A DNA stretch of 64,000 bases from assembly GCA_963745835.1 (NCBI GenBank), contig CAVUZH010000016.1, positions 256,001 through 320,000 on the forward strand, read 5' to 3'. The position numbers were made by a program, and so were the translations under genes. Positions 51,399 to 62,217 of the stretch are shown piece after piece. Source of the stretch: an uncultured delta proteobacterium (lineage in GTDB: Bacteria > Desulfobacterota > Binatia > UBA9968). How positions within the stretch are numbered: the stretch's first letter is position 1; each line of letters opens with the position of its first letter. The notes beneath the pieces were generated by a model, which worked only from the letters and a program-made list of their open reading frames with translations, was not told the DNA's origin and did not search any database.

Positions 51399-51564
51399 AT
51401 TCAAAGAATACTTTCCCGCTAGTGTTTGCTCACTCAGTTACATCCGTTACTCACTAAAATCGAATATCTTAAAAAATTCGCCGGCTCGAGTTAATTCCGC
51501 AAGGCAAGCTTCCTCGTGTTGAGGAGGACTGGCGAGTTCTTCACCGAATCCCAAAGCTGCACAC

Positions 51565-51601
51565 GCAAAAGGCCATTCGACATTGTCGAAGGGCCTTTTG
51601 C
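51565..51601. terminator. Bidirectional intrinsic terminator between the response regulator and tRNA-Asn
   Basis: GCAAAAGGCC-A-TTCGA-CATTG-TCGAA-G-GGCCTTTTGC inverted repeat with A/T tails. Confidence 0.75.
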
Positions 51602-51614
51602 TTCTGGTCTAAGC

Positions 51615-51690
51615 TGGCTCCCCGGGAGGGACTCGAACCCCCGACCAATTGGTTAACAGCCAACTGCTCTACCGACTGAGCTACCGGGGA
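51615..51690 (-). tRNA. tRNA-Asn (GTT)
   Basis: Minus strand TCCCCGGTAGCTCAGTCGGTAGAGCAGTTGGCT-GTT-AACCAATTGGTCGGGGGTTCGAGTCCCTCCCGGGGAGCCA; 76 nt with encoded CCA. Confidence 0.97.
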
Positions 51691-51892
51691 ATAGAGACTA
51701 TTTCAATCCATCCGCGTCGGATAACATCGGCACCGCCGCATCTGGTCGCGAGCTGTTCGGACCGGTTCAACCAAGGGATGAACAGATCACTTAATTAGCA
51801 CACGAATCCAGCAAATTCCAGGCAGGGAGACTATTCTGTGAGTGGCAAATTGAGCCTGGCGAGCTTTCGCGAGCTCAATTTGCCAGTTGAGA

Positions 51893-52366
51893 CTACTCCA
51901 ATTGCAAATGTTCCAGTTCCTGCAGCATGTTCTGGTGATGAGTTGCGGGCCAATAGATACGGTGGCAATTGGCACACCAAAAAAAGTTTTCCTGAGTTGA
52001 AAAGACGTACTCGGGAACTGCTTGTTTGACGGAGGTTTTCGGACGCGGCTGCAGCGAAGAATTACAGATAAGACACCGCCTGAAAAGGTCGTCGCTTCGA
52101 ACCAGATGAAACGTACTGATGACCTGACGCAGTTGTTCGCGAAAATCATCGCTTTGTATAAACAGAGAGTCCTGCGGTTGAGTACGTAATCGGCGATCAC
52201 GGGTGAGAATAATCCTGTTTTCTTGGCGTGCCGCATGGACTAGACCGGCGCCTGAGAGATGTCGCCCGTAAAGCACATCTTGTCCTAATACCCTGAGCCA
52301 TTTCGCAAGCCTGCCAAGCATGACGTCGGCGGCGAATCTCAGTTCCGGAGGATTTGATTTCGACAT
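51893..52366 (-). CDS. Mut7-C RNase domain protein (PIN-like + zinc ribbon)
   Basis: FAADVMLGRLAKWLRVLG, RIILTRD, RCLICN...CANCHRIYWPATH. Confidence 0.9.
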   Translation of the reverse strand: MSKSNPPELRFAADVMLGRLAKWLRVLGQDVLYGRHLSGAGLVHAARQENRIILTRDRRLRTQPQDSLFIQSDDFREQLRQVISTFHLVRSDDLFRRCLICNSSLQPRPKTSVKQAVPEYVFSTQENFFWCANCHRIYWPATHHQNMLQELEHLQLE

Positions 52367-52426
52367 CTGCTGGCATTTAGTTTGAACTGATCTGCCTTTG
52401 CATTTACCATAGCCGTGTTCTACCGC

Positions 52427-53890
52427 ATGATCTTGAAACAATCCATTGGCCTCGCTGTCGTTGTGTTCTGGTGCGTAATGAACGTCCTACTCATCAAACG
52501 CCAGCTCTGGGCGCCGCCGCCGCCGCTTTTCGTCAGCGCGACGGAAACTCTTACGGAAGCGACTCAGGAATGGTGGGGAGTCTACTATCAGGGCGAGAAA
52601 ATCGGCTTCACTTCACAAAGCATTGAGCCGAACCAGACCGGATATCAGCTGCGCGATGAATCGCTGCTGCGCTTGAATCTATTAGGAACGACTCAGCGGG
52701 CTTCGACCCGGCTGGCCATGACCGTGGACAAAGAATGGGTGCTTAAAGATTTCGATTTTGAGCTGCTGTCAAACGATGTCCGTTTTCAATCCCGGGGCAA
52801 GGTTATTCCGGGTCAATTACACCTCGAAATTGAGTCGGCCGGCCATACATCGAAGCAGATTATCGCACTGACGCAACCGCCCTATTTAGCCGCGGCTTTG
52901 AAACCTTTAGTCGCAAGCCAGCAGTTGGAGCCCGGCAAAGAACATTTCTTCACAATCTTCGATCCTGCGACTCTTGCCGATCAAATCACTTCGGTGGTCA
53001 TCGAAGCTCGCGAGCACATCCTCGTCGGCGATCAAAAAGTGCCGGCGATCAGATTGCGGCAACGGTTCAAAGGGGTTTCGGTGGTTTCTTGGATCGATGG
53101 AAATGGCCGCACGCTGAAGGAAGAAAGCCCTGGCGGATTTGCTCTGCGGCAAGAAGCTCCGCCACAGGCAAAGAGCTTCGCTGATTCGCGCGCCGTTCCT
53201 TTGGACCTGATTGCACGCGCTTCGATCGCGGTCGGCGAATCGATTCTCCAGCCGCAAAGTAGAAGCAAGTTGCGACTAAGATTAAGCGGCGTGAACGTGG
53301 TAGATTTCGCATTGCATGGCGAACGCCAGAACTTTAGTGAGGATGTATTGCGCATAGAGCGAGAGCAGGTTAGCCCGTCCGACACTTACAAAATCCCGTT
53401 AAAAGACCGCCGCTTCGGCTCATTCTTGAACCCCACTGCATTTCTGCAAAGCGATCATCCATCGATCCGCGATCGTGCCGTGCAAATCCTCGGCGCGGAA
53501 ACAGATGCGCACAGAGCGGTGGTGCGCCTGAAAAACTGGGTTTACAACGAAATCGACAAGCAGCCGACCATCAGTATCCCTAACGCTCTCCAAGTGCTGC
53601 AAACCAAAAAGGGGGATTGCAACGAACATACTGTGCTGTTCAACGCGCTCGCTCGCGCCGCGGGCATTCCCGCCAGAACCGTAGTTGGGTTGGTCTATCT
53701 GCGCGGCGCGTTTTATTATCATGCCTGGTCCGAAGTTTGGCTCGGCAAATGGATCTCCTTGGACTCGGTGCTCGATCAGTTTCCCGCCGATGTCACTCAC
53801 GTCAAATTCATCGAAGGCGAAATCGACCGGCAGTTAGATATGCTGCAGTTGATCGGCAATCTGAGAATAGAAGTTCTGGAACAGGAATAA
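52427..53890 (+). CDS. Membrane-anchored transglutaminase-like domain protein
   Basis: N-terminal hydrophobic anchor; catalytic GDCNEH, YHAWSE and LD motifs. An alternative GTG start lies at 52415. Confidence 0.85.
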   Translation: MILKQSIGLAVVVFWCVMNVLLIKRQLWAPPPPLFVSATETLTEATQEWWGVYYQGEKIGFTSQSIEPNQTGYQLRDESLLRLNLLGTTQRASTRLAMTVDKEWVLKDFDFELLSNDVRFQSRGKVIPGQLHLEIESAGHTSKQIIALTQPPYLAAALKPLVASQQLEPGKEHFFTIFDPATLADQITSVVIEAREHILVGDQKVPAIRLRQRFKGVSVVSWIDGNGRTLKEESPGGFALRQEAPPQAKSFADSRAVPLDLIARASIAVGESILQPQSRSKLRLRLSGVNVVDFALHGERQNFSEDVLRIEREQVSPSDTYKIPLKDRRFGSFLNPTAFLQSDHPSIRDRAVQILGAETDAHRAVVRLKNWVYNEIDKQPTISIPNALQVLQTKKGDCNEHTVLFNALARAAGIPARTVVGLVYLRGAFYYHAWSEVWLGKWISLDSVLDQFPADVTHVKFIEGEIDRQLDMLQLIGNLRIEVLEQE

Positions 53891-54013
53891 TTTCACTAGA
53901 TCGACGGATTCTATCAACCCCGGTCGCGCGGAGAATTCCTAGGCGAGTTATCTGCCTTGGATCTTTAGTGGCCGGGGGCTTGGACGCCGTTAAATAGAGC
54001 AGCATCCCTCGCG

Positions 54014-54772
54014 ATGATTCGCATAATCAATTTACGCAAGCAGTACGGCCGCCTGGCTGCCGTAGATAATCTCAACATCGAAGTTGCCCCGGGAGAAATA
54101 TTCGGCTTCCTGGGGCCCAACGGCGCGGGCAAGACCACGACCATCCGGGTGATGATGGGGATCTTGAGAGCGAGCTCGGGCCGAGTGATTCTCGGCGGGC
54201 ACGATGTCGAACAAGAGCCGCAGCAAGCCAAAGCGATTGCCGGATTCATTCCCGATCGCCCGTTTATCTACGAGAAACTCAGCGGCAAAGAATTCCTTAC
54301 GTTCATCGCTAAGCTACACCGAATGGAATCGGCTCGACTAAGACGCAGGATTGACGAGCTCTTGGAATATTTCGAATTAGCCAATTGGCAGGACGAGTTA
54401 GTGGAAGGGTTTTCCCACGGCATGAAACAGCGCCTGGTTTTGTGCGCCGCGCTTGTCCATGAGCCGCGCATTCTCATTGTCGATGAGCCGATGGTCGGCT
54501 TGGATCCCAAGGGTGCGCGCACCATCAAGGATCTATTTCGTTCACTGGCGAAAAACGGTACGACGGTTTTCTTATCGACACATAGCATCAGCATGGCCGA
54601 GGAAGTATGCCACCGGATCGGAATCATTCAGAAGGGTCATCTGATAGCCAGTGGGACCATGGCGGATATTTACCGACTAACTCGGGGTCACGACAGTAAT
54701 TTGGAAGATGTTTTTCTCGAGTTAACCCAGCAGCAGGCCGACTTAGCATTGCCTCGGGAGCGGCGGGTTTGA
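54014..54772 (+). CDS. ABC transporter ATP-binding protein
   Basis: GPNGAGKTT, FSHGMKQR, LIVDEP, STH. Confidence 0.95.
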   Translation: MIRIINLRKQYGRLAAVDNLNIEVAPGEIFGFLGPNGAGKTTTIRVMMGILRASSGRVILGGHDVEQEPQQAKAIAGFIPDRPFIYEKLSGKEFLTFIAKLHRMESARLRRRIDELLEYFELANWQDELVEGFSHGMKQRLVLCAALVHEPRILIVDEPMVGLDPKGARTIKDLFRSLAKNGTTVFLSTHSISMAEEVCHRIGIIQKGHLIASGTMADIYRLTRGHDSNLEDVFLELTQQQADLALPRERRV

Positions 54773-56460
54773 GCACGATTCTGCTACTTCTCTCGCCCAA
54801 GTGGTTGACATGGCAAAACGACTTTCATCGCCGCCGGGCTCGGTCGGGCCGCCGCTGGTCACTCCTGGCCCTGGGGATCTGTTTCTGGATCGGCACGTTC
54901 TATGTGATTCGTCGCGTGCTCATGTATTTTCAATCCGTGCATGAGCTCGGCCCTGCCCTGGCCTATCAACTGTTGTTGATCATTCTGCTGACTTTTCTAT
55001 CGATGCTTCTGTTCAGCAATCTGATAACAGCGCTCTCGGCATTTTTTCTCGCGCGCGATCTGGACTTGATCATCTCTACGCCGCTGTCGCACAATGATTT
55101 TTACTATTCGCGTTTGCTTATGACGACGGTTAATTCGTCGTGGATGGTGCTATTTTTCAGTTTGCCGATTTTCGGCGCCTACAACACGGTCTTCGGCGGC
55201 GGAGTCATCTTTTACCTATGGCTGATGTTGAGTCTGCCGCTGTTCTTGATCATCCCCGCGGCATTCGGAGTTTTGGCTACGCATCTATTCGTCTACTTTC
55301 TTCCCGCCAAGCGCATCCGCGATATACTTTTTTTTGTCGGCCTGTTTGCCTTCATTTTGATTTATTTTCTCTTCCGGTTTTCCCAGCCGGAAAGATTAGT
55401 GCGGCCGGAAAGCTTCGGGCACTTTGTCCAGTTCCTAACCGCGATGGAAACACCTTCTTCGCCCTATTTACCGAGCAGTTGGTCGGCTGAAATCTTGGCT
55501 GGAACTCTATTTAACCGCTCTACGGACCAGGCCTTTTTCTTTGCCTTGCTGGCGAGCTATGGGCTGTTTTTTCCGCTCGTCACGTCATGGGTCTCGGGCG
55601 CAGTGTATCTGGACGGCTGGTCAAAGGCACAAGAGTCGAATCAGGGACGGCGAAAACTAAAATGGCTCGACCTGCTCATCAGTATGCTCACTCGGCCATT
55701 TTCGGGAGTGATGCGCGCTATTTTGATCAAGGATATCAAAACTTTCATGCGTGATAGCAGTCAATGGTCTCAAGTATTCCTGCTGGTCGCCCTCATTGTC
55801 GTCTACCTCTACAATTTCAAAGTGTTGCCGCTCGATCGATCGCCCATGCCGGCTGGAACCTTGAGAACCGTGGTTGCCTTCGTCAATTTGGCCCTGGCCG
55901 GGTTCGTGCTCAGCGCGGTCGCCATGCGCTTTGCGTTCCCGGCAGTAAGTCTGGAAGGCAACGCGTTTTGGCTCTTACAAACCTCACCGATACCGCTCAA
56001 GACACTGCTCTGGAGTAAGTTTTGGCTAAACTTATTGCCACTTCTTTTTCTCGGTGAGTTACTAGTCTTTTTCAGCAATCTGATGTTAGGCGTACCGAAC
56101 TGGATGATGATCTTATCGCTGGTGACGATCTTTTTAATGACCTTCGGCATTACCGCGATTTGCGTTGGTGTCGGCGCAATCTATCCCAAATTTACCTACG
56201 ATCATGTGGCCGAAATTCCCACCAGCTTCGGCGGTGCGATCTGCATGATTTTCAGCATCGGCTTCATCGGCCTTATTGTTATGATCGAAGCCTGGCCGGT
56301 TTATCTGCTGACCAGCCGCTCACTCGGGGCTGGAGTATCCCACACCTCCATAGAATGGGTGATTGCCCCCTCTCTGGTGACTGCGATCGCCCTGACGGTC
56401 GCCGCCGTGGTGGTGTCGATCAGAAAAGCTCTGAAAAGCCTTGAGGCGATGAGAGCCTAA
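54769..56460 (+). CDS. ABC-2-type multi-pass permease
   Basis: Many hydrophobic segments; KDIKTFMRD, PAVSLEGNAFWLL. Overlaps the ATPase stop. Confidence 0.85.
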   Translation: MSTILLLLSPKWLTWQNDFHRRRARSGRRWSLLALGICFWIGTFYVIRRVLMYFQSVHELGPALAYQLLLIILLTFLSMLLFSNLITALSAFFLARDLDLIISTPLSHNDFYYSRLLMTTVNSSWMVLFFSLPIFGAYNTVFGGGVIFYLWLMLSLPLFLIIPAAFGVLATHLFVYFLPAKRIRDILFFVGLFAFILIYFLFRFSQPERLVRPESFGHFVQFLTAMETPSSPYLPSSWSAEILAGTLFNRSTDQAFFFALLASYGLFFPLVTSWVSGAVYLDGWSKAQESNQGRRKLKWLDLLISMLTRPFSGVMRAILIKDIKTFMRDSSQWSQVFLLVALIVVYLYNFKVLPLDRSPMPAGTLRTVVAFVNLALAGFVLSAVAMRFAFPAVSLEGNAFWLLQTSPIPLKTLLWSKFWLNLLPLLFLGELLVFFSNLMLGVPNWMMILSLVTIFLMTFGITAICVGVGAIYPKFTYDHVAEIPTSFGGAICMIFSIGFIGLIVMIEAWPVYLLTSRSLGAGVSHTSIEWVIAPSLVTAIALTVAAVVVSIRKALKSLEAMRA

Positions 56461-56633
56461 AAGCCGGAAGGTACTGAAGTCGCATATCCGGAAGGAAAAT
56501 ATGGTCACAGCAGCATTGGTTCTAAATGACCGGAACCGGGCGCGGTGAACAAGCGGCTTGCGTCAATGCGCATTGCATAACCTGGATAGCTCGATAAAGT
56601 ATCGCGGGTAAAACATTCTCCCGAGGTTACCTA

Positions 56634-57317
56634 ATGGAACTGATTCACACGCTTTACGAGCCTGCGGGAAAAGGCCCGCATCCAACCATTCTGACGTTGC
56701 ACGGCAGAGGCGCCAGCGCATTCGATCTGCTCAGTCTCGCCCCATACCTCTGCGGCGGTCGATTCCTTATCATCTGCCCTCAGGGCCCGTTGGAAACACC
56801 CATCGGACCGGAAGCCACTGGTTACGCTTGGTATCCCATGAGCATGGGCGGACCGCCGGATATCGGGGCGATGTTAGTGTCGCGACAACGGCTGCAGCAG
56901 TTTCTCGACGACTGTCTCGCGCATTATCCGATCGATGCAAAGAAGTTGGCAATCCTCGGCTTTAGCCAAGGTGGCGTGATGGCCTACAGTTTGGCTCTGG
57001 CGAATCCGGATCGCTTTGCCGCGCTCGTGGCGCTAAGTAGCTGGCTGCCGCCGGAGCTCGTGCCGCACTTGTCGCTCGGCAATTCAGCGCAGGCTTTGCC
57101 GACTTTGGTTCAACACGGCACTCAGGATTCAATGATCGAAGTCGACCGCGCAAGACAGTCCGTGGAAACACTGCGTCAAGCGCGGATCCCGCTAACTTAT
57201 CGGGAATATGAGATGGGCCATGAAATCAGGCCGAGAAGCCTTTCGGACCTCTCGGCCTGGTTAGATGAGAAGGTACTATCGCCGATTGTACTGGCGAATG
57301 AGACGAGCGGAACTTAA
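56634..57317 (+). CDS. Phospholipase/carboxylesterase (alpha/beta hydrolase)
   Basis: LHGRG, GFSQGG, HGTQD, MGHEI. Confidence 0.9.
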   Translation: MELIHTLYEPAGKGPHPTILTLHGRGASAFDLLSLAPYLCGGRFLIICPQGPLETPIGPEATGYAWYPMSMGGPPDIGAMLVSRQRLQQFLDDCLAHYPIDAKKLAILGFSQGGVMAYSLALANPDRFAALVALSSWLPPELVPHLSLGNSAQALPTLVQHGTQDSMIEVDRARQSVETLRQARIPLTYREYEMGHEIRPRSLSDLSAWLDEKVLSPIVLANETSGT

Positions 57318-58192
57318 CGCTGCATGTAGCTGTGGTCCCGGGCCATCGCCTCGAGACGGGCGATTCGATCTTCCATCGGCGGGTGCGTGCTAAACAGCGC
57401 GGCGAATCCTCCGCCGGTCAGCGGATTGACGATAAACATATGCGCTGTGGCGCTGGCCGTAGCCTGGCTGGTCTCGAGAGGAATGTGCTGTGAGCCGAGG
57501 TGAAGCTTGCGCAAAGCGCTGGCTAATGCGAGCGGATCTCCAGTGGTTTTGGCACCGCCAACATCGGCACCGTATTCCCGAGATCTCGACACCGCCATTT
57601 GAATCAGCATCGCCGCCAATGGTGCGACAATCATCATCACCAGCAGGCTGATCATATTACCGCCGCCCTCGCGATCGTCCCTATGGCCGCCGCCAAAGAT
57701 AGCGGTCCATTGCGCCATTTGCGCCAGGTAGCTGATGGCGCCGGCCAGGGTGGCGGCGATAGTGCTGACGAGAATGTCGCGATTAGCCACGTGCGCCAGC
57801 TCATGGCCTAAAACGCCGGCGAGCTCGCGCTTGTCGAGAATTCGGCGGATCCCGGCCGTGACCGCCACTGCGGCATGCTGCGGATTGCGGCCCGTGGCAA
57901 ACGCGTTCGGGGTTTCCTGCGGTAGCATGTAGACCTTGGGCATCGGCAGTCCGGCGCGCTGAGTGAGATCCTGCACCAATCCGTAAAGCTCCGGATCATC
58001 CTGCGGCGTGATTTCTTGCCCTTGATACATTTTGATGACGATTTTGTCGCTGAACCAATAACTGAAAAAGTTCATTGCGGCAGCGATAACAAAGGCAATT
58101 ACTGCTCCCTGGTGCCCGCCGAGAATGCTACCCACCCAAACGAGCAGCGCTGTCAACAATGCCAGCAGAACAGTTGTACGAAGCATGTTCAT
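57314..58192 (-). CDS. htpX: Zinc metalloprotease HtpX
   Basis: [36 protein letters not shown]. Confidence 0.93.
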   Translation of the reverse strand: MNMLRTTVLLALLTALLVWVGSILGGHQGAVIAFVIAAAMNFFSYWFSDKIVIKMYQGQEITPQDDPELYGLVQDLTQRAGLPMPKVYMLPQETPNAFATGRNPQHAAVAVTAGIRRILDKRELAGVLGHELAHVANRDILVSTIAATLAGAISYLAQMAQWTAIFGGGHRDDREGGGNMISLLVMMIVAPLAAMLIQMAVSRSREYGADVGGAKTTGDPLALASALRKLHLGSQHIPLETSQATASATAHMFIVNPLTGGGFAALFSTHPPMEDRIARLEAMARDHSYMQR

Positions 58193-58362
58193 AAATTCCC
58201 CTTTTCCGCATACGATTGGTTATGCCGACGTACGATTTGGTTAAGTGATGTCAAGTATACACCACGCAGGGTAATTTGCGTACGAGCTAGACAAAAAGCA
58301 AGCCCCGAGCTAGACAAAAGCTAACGGATCAATGGTTTATCGGTCCGGGAACGGAGAAAACT

Positions 58363-59235
58363 ATGCGAATAGGGGTGGTATTTCCCCAGACGGAAATCGG
58401 CACGGATGCAGCCGTAATCGGGGAGTACAGCCAGGCTGCTGAACAGCTCAGTTACCATCATATTTTGGCGTATGACCATGTGCTGGGCGCCAATCCCGCG
58501 AGCCGGCCCGATTGGCGGCCACCCTACACACATCAAAACACATTTCATGAGCCGTTCGTTCTTTTCGCCTATCTGGCAGGACTGACCAAGACAATCGAAT
58601 TGGTGACCGGAGTTCTCATCTTGCCGCAGCGACAAACCGCCTTGGTCGCAAAACAGGCAGCGGCTCTGGACATATTGAGCGGCGGCCGTTTGCGGCTGGG
58701 GATTGGGATCGGCTGGAACCCGGTCGAGTATGAAGCGCTGGGCGAAAATTTTAGTAATCGCGGGCAGCGCTCGGAAGAACAGATTGAACTGCTGCGTCTG
58801 CTCTGGACTCAGCAGCTCGTCAGCTTCGATGGTCGTTGGCACAAGATCAGCGATGCCGGGATCAATCCGTTGCCGGTTCAACGGCCGATTCCGATCTGGT
58901 TTGGCGGCGGTCACGACCGGGTGCTGCGGCGTTTAGCACGCCTTGGGGACGGCTGGTTTCCTCAACTGCCTCCCGACGAGAAATGCCGCGCCGCGATTGA
59001 GAAGATCACGACCTATGCCCGAGAGGCCGGACGAGACCCGAAAACGATTGGCATCGAGGGTCGAATAACGATAAGCGCTAAATCGGCCGAGACATGGCAG
59101 GAACAGATCAAAGCTTGGAAAGAAGTAGGGGCAACGCACCTCAGCGTCAACACCATGAACGCTGGGTTTAGCAACCCTGCCGCTCATATTGAAGCGATCC
59201 GGAGTTTTCGTGAGGCAACAAAACAGCTTTGGTGA
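58363..59235 (+). CDS. LLM class F420-dependent oxidoreductase
   Basis: FPQTEIG, YDHVLG, HEPFVL, LPQRQTALVAKQAA, GIGWNPVEY. Confidence 0.9.
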   Translation: MRIGVVFPQTEIGTDAAVIGEYSQAAEQLSYHHILAYDHVLGANPASRPDWRPPYTHQNTFHEPFVLFAYLAGLTKTIELVTGVLILPQRQTALVAKQAAALDILSGGRLRLGIGIGWNPVEYEALGENFSNRGQRSEEQIELLRLLWTQQLVSFDGRWHKISDAGINPLPVQRPIPIWFGGGHDRVLRRLARLGDGWFPQLPPDEKCRAAIEKITTYAREAGRDPKTIGIEGRITISAKSAETWQEQIKAWKEVGATHLSVNTMNAGFSNPAAHIEAIRSFREATKQLW

Positions 59236-59255
59236 GCGCTTTCTCGGCCTCTAGG

Positions 59256-60407
59256 TTATCCGGCCTGCTCGATCGCTCCAGCCCTATGCTTTGTTAACCA
59301 GGAACGTAGGGCCGCGAACGGCTCGCCGCCATTTTGCGTAGCTTGCTCTAAAGCAGCGATTGTCCGAACGAGATTACGACCTTCGAGTTCGTACAAAGAT
59401 TCAAATAGCTGCAGGTTGTTTAGATAAACGCCATAGTGCATTAGCACCGCATTATTGAGCGGCTGTTGGGAAAAGCCGCGGAAACGATGCGCCGGTTGAT
59501 CCGCAATGCGTCGGGCCCATTCGGACTTGCTGCGGGCGAATACTTCTTCACGTATGCGCAGCTTATCTTGCTTCGCTATATTGCGCCGATACAACCCTGA
59601 AAGATTGACGATAAGGTCTTCGATAAAACCAGCAAATTCAAGCTCTTCTTGCCACAGTTCAACCGCCCTTCGATGTTCCGCGCTGTCAGGGCCGAATCTT
59701 TGATTGAAAAAATCGATGGTTGCTCGATGGCCGATGAAATTAGCGGCGCTCTCGTTAAAGGCGCCTGCTCCCTTTATATACAAAGTATTATGAAAGAGTT
59801 CGTGAAAAACCACCTCGCTAAGGGCGATCTTGTCGAATCTGAGAAGGTGTGAGAGCAGCGGATCGTCAAACCAGCCAAGCGTGCTGAACGCCGCCGAAGT
59901 TCGGATCGTCGTGTCGTAGCCTTGCCTGTGAAGACGTTCGGCTTCCGACTGCGCCTCGCTCTTACTAAAAAAACCTTTGTACGGCACGTGACCGACGACT
60001 AAAAACCACCAGGTATAAGGCCGCAGTTCGGTTTGGGGAGCGGCGATGACCAGGTACGTCAGATCCGGCCGGTCTACATAAGAGTAACTTGCGTAACTCC
60101 CGGCCACGTTAAGATTGAGAACTTTCTGGGCGTAATCGCGCACTGCCAAAACTGTAGTGAGCTTTTCTTTGGTGTCATTATGCAGATCCGGAGTGGCCAA
60201 GAAATCCGCGATTGGCTGGCGGCGCCAGAGTATTCGTCCTTCCTCGTATGCGGCGCGCAGAAAATAGATCGGCGAACAACCCGAGAGCATCGAGCTCAGC
60301 ATCAATCCCGCAATAATGGACCAAGAAAATGCCCGGCTGATAATGTGGGTGGGGCAAACGAGTTTCCGCAATCCACGTAAAACTCCCCAACGCCCGCAAC
60401 TACCCAT
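59256..60407 (-). CDS. Putative zinc-dependent aminopeptidase lipoprotein (true start may be near 60302)
   Basis: Lipobox LSGC, AFSTLGWFDDP, HELFH, FNES. Confidence 0.82.
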   Translation of the reverse strand: MGSCGRWGVLRGLRKLVCPTHIISRAFSWSIIAGLMLSSMLSGCSPIYFLRAAYEEGRILWRRQPIADFLATPDLHNDTKEKLTTVLAVRDYAQKVLNLNVAGSYASYSYVDRPDLTYLVIAAPQTELRPYTWWFLVVGHVPYKGFFSKSEAQSEAERLHRQGYDTTIRTSAAFSTLGWFDDPLLSHLLRFDKIALSEVVFHELFHNTLYIKGAGAFNESAANFIGHRATIDFFNQRFGPDSAEHRRAVELWQEELEFAGFIEDLIVNLSGLYRRNIAKQDKLRIREEVFARSKSEWARRIADQPAHRFRGFSQQPLNNAVLMHYGVYLNNLQLFESLYELEGRNLVRTIAALEQATQNGGEPFAALRSWLTKHRAGAIEQAG

Positions 60408-62217
60408 AGATCTTGGGCTCCGCTTCTTGAACCGGCAGTCTCAATTCCTCGCGCTCGTACTGCAGCTGATACAGCCGATGGTAAATCCCTTGCTTCTCCA
60501 TCAGTTGTGAATGAGAGCCGAATTCGCGCACCTCACCGCGATGAAGCACGATGATACGGTCGGCATTGCGAATAGTCGAGAGCCGGTGCGCGATCAATAA
60601 ACAGGTGCGATCGCGCATAACTCGCTCCAGTGCATCCTGAATCAACGCTTCGGTCTCGGTGTCGACACTGGAGGTGGCCTCGTCCATCACCAGGATTTCC
60701 GGCTCGAATACCAGCACTCGCGCAAGTGCGAGAAGTTGCCGCTGTCCACCGGAAAAATTGCTGCCGCGCTCCCGTACGTCGGCGCCAAAACTTCCGGCAA
60801 GCCGCCGTATAAAGGTATCGGCATTGGCCAAACGAGCGGCATTTTCAATGCGCTCGAGCGACACCGAACGGTCACCGAGCGCGAGATTGGTGCGGATATC
60901 CCCGGAGAAAAGAAAAACGTCCTGCAAAACAACCCCGATATGCCGTCGCAGCGCCTGCAGATCCCAGTCGCGGACATCCACGCCGCTAACTTGGATCGAT
61001 CCTTTCTGTACGTCGTAAAAACGATTGAGTAACTTGATGGTGGTCGTTTTCCCCGAGCCTGTCGCTCCGACGACCGCGATTTTTTCTCCGGGTTCGATGC
61101 GGAAAGACACTCCTTTGAGGACCGGGTCGTCGGCTTTATAGTTAAACCAGACGTCGTCAAAGACCACTTCACCGCGGAACGGCTTCGGTATAACGGGTTT
61201 TTTCGGGCTCTCAATCGTAACCGGCGTATCCAGAAGCTGAAAAATTCTTTCTGCCGACGACATGGCAGACTGCATTACGGCGTATTTCTGGCTGAAGTCG
61301 CGCAACGGAACAAAGAATCGATGGATGTATTCCTTGAATGCCACGACCGTGCCGATACCGATGATGCCGTGCAAAACTTCGCCGCCTCCATACCAGAGCA
61401 GCAGCGCCACGCTCACCGAGCCGGCGGCTTCAACCATCGAATAAAGCGCCGCTTCATAGAAGTTTGAAAGATGATAAGCGTCGCGATGAGCCGCATTGAG
61501 CTCGTCGAACTCCCGATAGGTCTTCTCCTCGCGGGCAAACAGTTGAATGATCGCCATTCCCGAGATCGCTTCGCCGAGGTAGGCGTTGATGCGCGCGATC
61601 CGCTCGCGAATCAAACGGTATGTCTGGCGCGCCTTAATGCGAAAAAAGTTGATGGCAAAAGCCATTGGCGGGATCAGCGCCAGTGAAACCAATGCCAGTT
61701 CCGCATGCAGATAGAACATGATGCCGACGATCCATACAACCATGACGAAATCGGAGATCAGGGTCATCACCCCGGAAGAAAACATCTCCTGTAGAACGTC
61801 GACATCGGTGGTCATACGAGTGACCAATCGGCCCACCGGGTTCCGATCGAAATAAGCCATAGGCAACTTCTGCACGTGTGAGAATAGCTCTACCCGGAGA
61901 TCGGCAAGACAGCGCTGCGCCACCGCCATGGTGAGATAGTAGTGAAAAAAAATCATAATGGTCTCGCCAACAATGGCTGCCAAGAAAAGCAGGGCGACGG
62001 CTTGCAGTCCCGATAGATCGCCTTGGGCAATATATCGATCGATACCGATTTTCATCAGGTACGGTTGCGCCAGGCCGAAGGCTTGCTGCAGCGGCAACAG
62101 TAACATGGCAAAAAAGAACAAGCGCTTGTACGGCCTTATGTATCTCCACAGCCGTCGGATCAACCGCAGATCATAGGCTTTGCCGAGGATTTCTTCTTGA
62201 TACGACGGATCGGCCAC
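60400..62217 (-). CDS. ABC exporter ATP-binding/permease subunit (MdlB-like)
   Basis: TM domain, GATGSGKTT, FSGGQRQ, VMDEATS. Confidence 0.92.
   Translation of the reverse strand: MADPSYQEEILGKAYDLRLIRRLWRYIRPYKRLFFFAMLLLPLQQAFGLAQPYLMKIGIDRYIAQGDLSGLQAVALLFLAAIVGETIMIFFHYYLTMAVAQRCLADLRVELFSHVQKLPMAYFDRNPVGRLVTRMTTDVDVLQEMFSSGVMTLISDFVMVVWIVGIMFYLHAELALVSLALIPPMAFAINFFRIKARQTYRLIRERIARINAYLGEAISGMAIIQLFAREEKTYREFDELNAAHRDAYHLSNFYEAALYSMVEAAGSVSVALLLWYGGGEVLHGIIGIGTVVAFKEYIHRFFVPLRDFSQKYAVMQSAMSSAERIFQLLDTPVTIESPKKPVIPKPFRGEVVFDDVWFNYKADDPVLKGVSFRIEPGEKIAVVGATGSGKTTTIKLLNRFYDVQKGSIQVSGVDVRDWDLQALRRHIGVVLQDVFLFSGDIRTNLALGDRSVSLERIENAARLANADTFIRRLAGSFGADVRERGSNFSGGQRQLLALARVLVFEPEILVMDEATSSVDTETEALIQDALERVMRDRTCLLIAHRLSTIRNADRIIVLHRGEVREFGSHSQLMEKQGIYHRLYQLQYEREELRLPVQEAEPKIYG

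Noticed and set aside
42000-51690. Genomic island integrated at the tRNA-Asn 3' end
   Set aside because: I saw no integrase and no duplicated tRNA 3' end, and the terminator sits directly next to the tRNA.
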